Part shown: piece by piece, positions 40,053 through 46,116 of the stretch
How positions within the stretch are numbered: the stretch's first letter is position 1
Layout: each line of letters opens with the position of its first letter
NCBI GenBank assembly: GCA_947586205.1
Contig: CANPXO010000004.1
Span: 1-46,116, forward strand
Length of the DNA stretch: 46,116 nt
Source of the DNA: an uncultured Bacilli bacterium
GTDB lineage: Bacteria > Bacillota_I > Bacilli_A > RF39 > UBA660
Direction of reading: 5' to 3'
Made by a program: the position numbers and the translations under genes
Notes under the pieces: model-generated
What the model was told of the DNA's origin: nothing
Seen by the model: only the letters and a program-made list of their open reading frames with translations
Databases searched by the model: none

Positions 40053-40275
40053 TTCCTCCTTTCGTGCTACACATTAAAGCAAAAAAAGAGGATCATTTCA
40101 AATGGCAAAAATGGCCAAAACCTTGCAGATTTTGAAAATCTGCTTAGCAAATTTTCAAAATTTGCAGGGAAAAACACCAAAAAAGGGCAAAAATGCCTAA
40201 TTTGCCCACTTTTTTTGACAAGTTTTGTCACATGGTGTCACATCTTGTCGAATTCAGTCGTTTTTGATGATTTTA

Positions 40276-41571
40276 TCACACAGTCTCTTTTAATAAACGA
40301 TTTAATTCCACTGCATATTCCATTGGTAATTCTTTTTTAAAATCTTCGACAAAACCTAAAATAAATAATTCTTTTGCTTCGTTTTCATCTAGACCTTTAC
40401 TCTCTAAGTAAAATAATTTTTCTTCATTCACTTTTGAGACAGTTGCTTCATGTTCTATTTGAGAACTTTTATTTTCGACAATGTTTTTAGGAATGGTATC
40501 ACTCTTGCTTATTCCATCTATTAAAATCGTATCGCATTTTACAGTTGCAACAGAGTCCGTGGCATCTTTGGTAATTCTCGTTGTTCCTCTGTAATTAGCA
40601 ACTCCTCCACCTTCCGCGATAGATTTATTTAAAATATTGCTCTTAGTGTGACGTCCTAAATGAATCATTTTTGCCCCAGCATCTAAAACTTGGCCTTTCT
40701 TCGCATAAGCGATGGAAATACAGTTTCCACTTGAGTAGTCTCCTTTTAAGATAACAGATGGATATTTCATGGTAACTTTACTCCCAATATTTCCATCTAC
40801 CCATTCCATGCGGCCACCTTCTTCGACAATGGCTCTTTTGGTGACTAAATTATAAACATCATTACTCCAGTTTTGAATCGTGCTATAACGCACTCTCGCG
40901 TTTTTTCCAACAAAAATTTCAACGACTCCAGCATGCAAAGAACTTTTGGAGTAACTTCTTGCTGTACAACCTTCAATATAAGATAATTCGGAATTTTCAT
41001 CCACGATTATAATGGTTCTTTCAAATTGTCCTAAACTTTCTGTATCAATTCGAAAGTAACTTTGTAAAGGTCTATCTAATTTGGTATTCGGTGGAATATA
41101 GATGAAAGATCCCCCACTCCAAACAGCACCATTCAAAGCTGTGTATTTATTTTCTTTGTAATCCACTAAAGTATTAAAATACTTTTGAAATAATTCAGGA
41201 TATTTTTGTAAAGCTTCATCGGTACTACAAAAAATTATATTTTTATCTGTTAAGTTTTTATGATAAACAACTTCACTTTCTAATTGATTGGAAACACCAT
41301 CTAAATATTTTTTCTCGGCATCTACAACACCTAGTTCGCAAAAAGTTTGATAAGTTGATGCGTTTACATCTTCCCATTTATCCTTTTGTTCTTCTGTTTT
41401 TTTATAATATAAAATATCATCAAAAGAAAACTCTAAACTAGGTCCAAAGTTTGGATTTTCTAAAGATTCAAATGCTTTAAAAGCTTGAAGTCGAAACTCT
41501 CTCATCCACTCTGGCTCATTTTTCTTTAAAGATAACTCTTGTATAAATAATTCATCTAATTTCTGTTTCAT
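40276..41571 (-). CDS. sufB: Fe-S cluster scaffold SufB
   Basis: WSGGSFIYIP, GQFERT, EGCTA, YSTIQNWS, HEATVSK, ELPMEYAVELNRL. Confidence 0.95.
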   Translation of the reverse strand: MKQKLDELFIQELSLKKNEPEWMREFRLQAFKAFESLENPNFGPSLEFSFDDILYYKKTEEQKDKWEDVNASTYQTFCELGVVDAEKKYLDGVSNQLESEVVYHKNLTDKNIIFCSTDEALQKYPELFQKYFNTLVDYKENKYTALNGAVWSGGSFIYIPPNTKLDRPLQSYFRIDTESLGQFERTIIIVDENSELSYIEGCTARSYSKSSLHAGVVEIFVGKNARVRYSTIQNWSNDVYNLVTKRAIVEEGGRMEWVDGNIGSKVTMKYPSVILKGDYSSGNCISIAYAKKGQVLDAGAKMIHLGRHTKSNILNKSIAEGGGVANYRGTTRITKDATDSVATVKCDTILIDGISKSDTIPKNIVENKSSQIEHEATVSKVNEEKLFYLESKGLDENEAKELFILGFVEDFKKELPMEYAVELNRLLKETV

Positions 41572-41672
41572 AAATATCACATTATTTATTATAATCAGTT
41601 TTATTTTTAAAGTAAAGAACTTCCCATTTTAAAAAAATAGTGTTATACTAATTTTAGAATAAAGGTGAGCCT

Positions 41673-42173
41673 ATGACACAAAGCGTGATGAAAGATAATA
41701 TTGCTTATTTAAATGTCTGGATGAACTATAACCCCGCATTTAAAGAAAACTTAAGTATTATAGGAAATGAGTTAGTTTGGAAAGACCATGACAAAGAAGA
41801 ATCTATCGATATCTCTCACTTTTATTTACCTGAAATGCTTTATAATGAAAATTTTCGAAGACAAATTGCTGAAACACATGAACTTACAGGAGAAGATTTA
41901 TTTCAAATCATAAAAATCTATGTTCAGACTGAAGAAATTTTAGAGGCTGCACAAAAAGAGTTTGCGAGTTCACCAATCATTGAAGATATTAGTACACGAA
42001 CAGAAAACGGAAATATTTTTTTAGTGATTACTGATAATCAAAGCAAAAAATATCGTTATGATACAAAAGAGCCAGAAAAAGTCATCAATACTTTTTTAGA
42101 TTTAAAAGATGAAAAAGGTACTGTGACTTTAAAAGAATTTGGGAGGGTGATTCAAAATGAAAAGTTTAAATGA
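41673..42173 (+). CDS. Hypothetical protein
   Basis: SD AAGGTGA; overlaps the next ORF. Confidence 0.75.
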   Translation: MTQSVMKDNIAYLNVWMNYNPAFKENLSIIGNELVWKDHDKEESIDISHFYLPEMLYNENFRRQIAETHELTGEDLFQIIKIYVQTEEILEAAQKEFASSPIIEDISTRTENGNIFLVITDNQSKKYRYDTKEPEKVINTFLDLKDEKGTVTLKEFGRVIQNEKFK

Positions 42174-42579
42174 ATACATAAGGATTCTTACAAATCCTAC
42201 GCCAACTGAAGAAGATGTACGTACACGAGATTACCTTATGAACTTTGTTTCTGATTGTAACGACCAGATGGAATGTCTCTCTGTTAATACGATTAACTTT
42301 TTAATTGGACTTAGTTCTGCTATAGAGAGTGTACGTATGCAAAATCAAGAAGTTCCTAATGCTTATTTCCAAAGTACTCTTGATACTTGGAGGAGGATTA
42401 CTTCCTCTCCATCTAAATTAGAACTAAGACATATGGAAGAAGAAAAGTTAAATCAAAAAAAAGAACAAATGCGCTTATCCAAGCAAAAAAAAGATGGATT
42501 TACAAATGCTTCCATCTTAATTTATGTAGCTCTTAATTTAGGTTTATTCTTAGCTTGTTTACTACTTTTATTTAAGTAG
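42157..42579 (+). CDS. Hypothetical tail-anchored membrane protein
   Basis: SD GGAGGGTGA; C-terminal KKDGFT followed by a TM helix. Confidence 0.75.
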   Translation: MKSLNEYIRILTNPTPTEEDVRTRDYLMNFVSDCNDQMECLSVNTINFLIGLSSAIESVRMQNQEVPNAYFQSTLDTWRRITSSPSKLELRHMEEEKLNQKKEQMRLSKQKKDGFTNASILIYVALNLGLFLACLLLLFK

Positions 42580-42614
42580 TTTTTTTCTTTTTTATATTCA
42601 TTTTTTAATATACA

Positions 42615-43652
42615 TTATTCATCTTCCATTTTTTCTGTGGATACCTCTTTGGCAAAACCATAATGCTCTCTTACTTTTGTTTCAAGTTCATTCATAAGTT
42701 CTTTATTTTCTTTTAATAATGCTTTTACATTTTCTTTTCCTTGCCCTATTTTCTCCCCATTATAAGCATACCAAGCTCCAGATTTATCTAAGATATTTAA
42801 GTCAGATGCAATATCAATGACTTCTCCTTCTTTCGAAACTCCTTCGCCATACATAATATCTACACAAGCAGACTTAAATGGTGGAGCTACTTTATTTTTT
42901 ACCACTTTAATATTCGTACGGTTTCCAATCACTTGGTCTCCTACTTTAATTTGCTCCCCACGACGAACATCTAAACGAATCGTTGCATAGAACTTTAAAG
43001 CTCTTCCACCTGGTGTCGTTTCAGGATTACCAAACATCACTCCTACTTTTTCTCTTAATTGATTGATAAAAATCGCGGTTGTTTTTGTTTTATTAATGGT
43101 TCCTGATAATTTTCTTAATGCTTGGGACATCAATCTTGCTTGAAGACCGACATGAGCATCTCCCATATCGCCATCAATCTCAGCTTGAGGAACTAACGCA
43201 GCCACAGAGTCAATGACAATGATATTCACGGCCTCACTTCGTACCAATGCTTCACAAATTTCAAGAGCTTGTTCTCCCGTATCTGGTTGAGATAAAAGAA
43301 GTTCATTGATATCTACTCCCAAATTTTTAGCATAGACAGGGTCCAGAGCATGCTCGGCATCAATAAATGCGGCTCTTCCACCTTGTTTTTGAACCTCTGC
43401 TATCGCATGAAGGGCAAATGTCGTTTTTCCACTTGATTCTGGTCCATAAATTTCAATAATTCTTCCTTTTGGATATCCTCCAACTCCTAAAGCAATATCG
43501 AGTGCTAGAGAACCACTTGGGGTTACATCAATCTCCATATGGTCTTCTGCCCCCAGTTTCATAATGGCTCCTTTTCCAAATTGTTTTTCAATATCAGCTA
43601 GTACTTGTTCTAGTGCTTTGTCCTTATCCTTTAAATCCTTTGTTGTTTTCAT
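42615..43652 (-). CDS. recA: Recombinase A (probable start 43652)
   Basis: [30 protein letters not shown]. Confidence 0.99.
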   Translation of the reverse strand: MKTTKDLKDKDKALEQVLADIEKQFGKGAIMKLGAEDHMEIDVTPSGSLALDIALGVGGYPKGRIIEIYGPESSGKTTFALHAIAEVQKQGGRAAFIDAEHALDPVYAKNLGVDINELLLSQPDTGEQALEICEALVRSEAVNIIVIDSVAALVPQAEIDGDMGDAHVGLQARLMSQALRKLSGTINKTKTTAIFINQLREKVGVMFGNPETTPGGRALKFYATIRLDVRRGEQIKVGDQVIGNRTNIKVVKNKVAPPFKSACVDIMYGEGVSKEGEVIDIASDLNILDKSGAWYAYNGEKIGQGKENVKALLKENKELMNELETKVREHYGFAKEVSTEKMEDE

Positions 43653-43716
43653 AATGTTTCCTCCCATTTCATAAATTCAATTTATCATAAAAAAAAGTGT
43701 TTGTCAACACTTTTTA

Positions 43717-43730
43717 CGAACATATGTTTT
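43717..43730. promoter_or_regulatory. LexA (Cheo/SOS) box upstream of recA
   Basis: CGAACATATGTTTT next to a TTGACA -35 (43707-43702); matches Bacillus CGAACRNRYGTTYC at 13/14. Confidence 0.7.
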
Positions 43731-43736
43731 CTATAC

Positions 43737-44336
43737 TTATTTTAAAGTTATTTGAAGTTTTTGTTTCCATTCGATAAAATAAAGGAAAGCAGATACGACT
43801 GATAAAATGGTTGCAATGTCAATCAAAATTTCAGCTACATAAATCCCCCAGACTTCAAAAGGAAGATTATAGAATAACATGAGAGAAATTCCTACTAACA
43901 TTGTAATGGTTTTCACTTTTCCCCAAATATTGGCTTTAATCACTTTATTATTTTTTAAGGCAAGCATGCGAAGAGCATCCATAAAGATATCTCTTATCAC
44001 AATTACAACTGGTACAAGCACATGAATGAAACCATGATATGCAAGGATAATTAAAACACCATTTACTAAAAACTTATCTGCTACTGCATCTAGTAGAGCT
44101 CCCACATCGGTCTCTTGTTTTTCTTTTCTAGCAATCGCTCCATCTAAATAGTCAGTCACGGAAGCAATCACAAATAAAAAACCTGCTACTAAATACTTTA
44201 CATCTACAACAACTTTTCCCATCACTAAAAATGTTGGTATTGTAATTCCGACATCTTGCCATGGAAATAATAATAGAATAAAAATAATTACGGCTAACAC
44301 CATTCTAGAAATGGTTAATCGATTCGATAAATTCAT
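43737..44336 (-). CDS. pgsA: CDP-diacylglycerol--glycerol-3-phosphate phosphatidyltransferase
   Basis: N.LT.SR, TDYLDG.IAR...G..LD.VADK, GKVKT; ymfM-pgsA-recA synteny. Confidence 0.9.
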   Translation of the reverse strand: MNLSNRLTISRMVLAVIIFILLLFPWQDVGITIPTFLVMGKVVVDVKYLVAGFLFVIASVTDYLDGAIARKEKQETDVGALLDAVADKFLVNGVLIILAYHGFIHVLVPVVIVIRDIFMDALRMLALKNNKVIKANIWGKVKTITMLVGISLMLFYNLPFEVWGIYVAEILIDIATILSVVSAFLYFIEWKQKLQITLK

Positions 44337-44349
44337 AAAACCCTACTTT

Positions 44350-44793
44350 CTAAGACACTACTGTCATAAGACTCCAAATAATAATACCAATGGCTAATAA
44401 AATTAAAACAGTATACAGAATCATATAATATTTAGATGGATATTTCTTCATCGGTTTCGTATAAGGAGAAACAATTTTTTCTTCCACTTTTTCTTTTTGT
44501 TGTTCACTTACTTTTTTTTCAATTTCTTTTAAAGGTATTTTTGAAGTATATTCAAATAAATATTCATTAAATTCATCAATTAATTTAGCTCCATCTAAAC
44601 CTAAATATTTTGCATAATTCACAATATAATCTTTGAGTTCATAAATATCTTTAAAACAACCTATACTTCCACTTTCGATATTTTCTAAAATGACCTCTTT
44701 AATTCCTAAATCTTCAGATGCTTCTTTTAAGTTCACTCCGGATGATATTCGAGCTTCTTTTAATTTCTCACCAATACTATCCAAGATTCTCAC
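44350..44793 (-). CDS. RodZ/YmfM-like HTH membrane protein (short, no extracellular domain)
   Basis: IGEKLKEAR...IE.G...YAKYLGLD plus a C-terminal TM. Confidence 0.8.
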   Translation of the reverse strand: MRILDSIGEKLKEARISSGVNLKEASEDLGIKEVILENIESGSIGCFKDIYELKDYIVNYAKYLGLDGAKLIDEFNEYLFEYTSKIPLKEIEKKVSEQQKEKVEEKIVSPYTKPMKKYPSKYYMILYTVLILLAIGIIIWSLMTVVS

Positions 44794-44826
44794 TCCTTTT
44801 TGGTATCATATGATATTAATCACAAA

Positions 44827-45173
44827 AATAATTTCATAAGCCTTGTTCTGTAATGTATTGCTACATTGGCAAATATTTATCTATTTCAAAATGAAATCTC
44901 TTGCATCGTTCATTTTCTAGCAAAAGTTCCCCTACCAAATTTGGGTTTCTCGCTTGCGGGGTTTACCACGTTCCACTTCCAAGGTTTCCCTTTTCTTCGT
45001 CACTTTGGCACTTTTATATTTACTAATACCATTTAAGGTACGTTCAAAGCCGTTTGTACTAAGTACAACCATAGGTTATTTTTTCCCTATGCACAATCAC
45101 TACAACCATCTCAGGCTGTGCGAGCAAGGACTTTCCTCTACATTGTTTTTATGCAGCATTTGCCTCATTATTT
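44827..45173 (-). ncRNA. rnpB: RNase P RNA (type B); ends approximate
   Basis: On the - strand: GAGGAAAGTCC, AGTGCCA.AGTGACG, GTGGAACG.GGTAAACCCC, ACAGAACAAGGCTTAT; directly downstream of gpsB as in Bacilli. Confidence 0.95.
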
Positions 45174-45503
45174 TTGCATATGTCCATACACAAATTTTTC
45201 TAATTGGCTAATTCTTCTTAGTAAATCGATGTTGCTTACTCCACTAGCTTCACCACTTGTCTCAGGTTTATTTTCTAATTTCATTTGAAGTTCACGAATT
45301 TGTTGTTTCAAACCTTGAATTTCTTCATTCTTAGCCCCTAATTCTTTTTCCATACCTTTGATTATTTTCATAAACTCTGTGTAATCTTTAATCACAAGGT
45401 CTAAAAAATTATCTACTTCTTGAGGGCGATATCCACGTGCATCTACTTTGAATTCTTTCTCATAGATTTCTTCTGGACTTAATGTAATTCTTTCATTTAA
45501 CAT
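45168..45503 (-). CDS. gpsB: DivIVA-domain cell division protein GpsB
   Basis: IYEKEFK...RGY...EVD.FLD.VIKDY and SNIDLLRRISQLEK.VYG. Confidence 0.92.
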   Translation of the reverse strand: MLNERITLSPEEIYEKEFKVDARGYRPQEVDNFLDLVIKDYTEFMKIIKGMEKELGAKNEEIQGLKQQIRELQMKLENKPETSGEASGVSNIDLLRRISQLEKFVYGHMQK

Positions 45504-45541
45504 ATGACCACATCCTCAAGATAATATTACCAATACTTTTC

Positions 45542-45955
45542 CTATTTGTCAATTGACAACTGTTTACAAAGACTAGGCGATTTGGAAGATACATACTCTC
45601 CAGGAATTTGATAGGCAATTAAAGTATGATTTTGAACAAGTTCCAAAGCCTCCTCTTTCGTATAGACCTCTCTAGGTGCAAAGGTTTGAAACGGAACAAA
45701 AGAAGAAAATTCTAGCTTGTATTTTTTCGAATCTTTCACTTTCTCGGTATTAAGTATTAACATAGAATTTAAATCTAAATATCTTCCATCATGATACCAA
45801 ATAGCAGAGCGAACCGTATGTCCAATCGTCGCTTCATCATGCCATTTTGCGGAGGCATCTCTTTCAATAATTTCAATTGTTGCTTCATAAAGTTCTTCGC
45901 TTTTCATAAATTTAAACATCGCATGCAATTTTAGTGATAAATCTTTTGTGTTCAT
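45542..45955 (-). CDS. Hypothetical protein
   Basis: SD AAAGGA; no recognisable motif. Confidence 0.7.
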   Translation of the reverse strand: MNTKDLSLKLHAMFKFMKSEELYEATIEIIERDASAKWHDEATIGHTVRSAIWYHDGRYLDLNSMLILNTEKVKDSKKYKLEFSSFVPFQTFAPREVYTKEEALELVQNHTLIAYQIPGEYVSSKSPSLCKQLSIDK

Positions 45956-46116
45956 ACAATGATTTCCTTTCTAGCAATACATATCATATTCCTAGTTTAC
46001 TAGAAAAGTCAAGAGGATAATCCGTCGAAAGTTGTCTAAAGTTACAGTTTTGTGACTACAAGGAAAAAAATCAAAATTTTTTTAGCAAAATCAAATATTT
46101 ATTGATATAATTAGAA

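Noticed and set aside
6380..40340. Many 60-125-aa ORFs antisense to or nested in valS, obgE, clpB, rpoBC, ftsK, rnjB, ssb and others
   Set aside because: Shadow frames of well-supported genes with low-complexity translations and no expression signals
44954..45211. 85-aa + strand ORF
   Set aside because: Antisense to the RNase P RNA
5206..45955. Basic C-terminal tails on several orphan proteins ([21 protein letters not shown]) as a secretion signal
   Set aside because: Too few and too dissimilar to separate from the Lys bias of an AT-rich genome without a proteome-wide test
1..46116. tRNA/rRNA genes, prophage, or alternative genetic code
   Set aside because: No cloverleaf or rRNA signatures and no phage genes seen; TGA acts as stop and conserved Trp residues use TGG

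Overview
AT-rich chromosomal segment of a low-GC Bacilli-like bacterium using the standard genetic code. The gene content suggests a reduced RF39/Mollicutes-adjacent gut lineage (inference only). Most genes lie on the - strand. The housekeeping backbone is ftsW, def, valS, obgE, clpB (with CIRCE), rpoC-rpoB-rsmC-like, ftsK, rnjB, ssb, sufB, recA, pgsA, a rodZ-like gene, rnpB and gpsB. The most notable accessory feature is an ORF-track-empty 1.25 kb region (35870-37120), which resolves into a tandem array of 3 complete + 1 truncated convergent small-peptide/antisense-RNA modules. These resemble a type I toxin-antitoxin family I cannot assign, with covarying 5'-3' mRNA fold-back helices, diverged peptides, one frameshifted copy and one orphan antitoxin. 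Other accessory features: a type III ToxIN/AbiQ system with 3 x 35-nt RNA repeats and an unexpected second promoter; a 341-bp MITE inserted into the spacer of a perfect sigma70 promoter; a Val T-box with an orphan gene between it and valS; RpoB carrying Q513K and H526D rifamycin-resistance residues; a pilin with thrombospondin-like repeats; an IS3 end with a passenger ORF; an orphan kinase-like gene; and an unannotated 41-aa gene. All calls come from reading the sequence; no searches were run.
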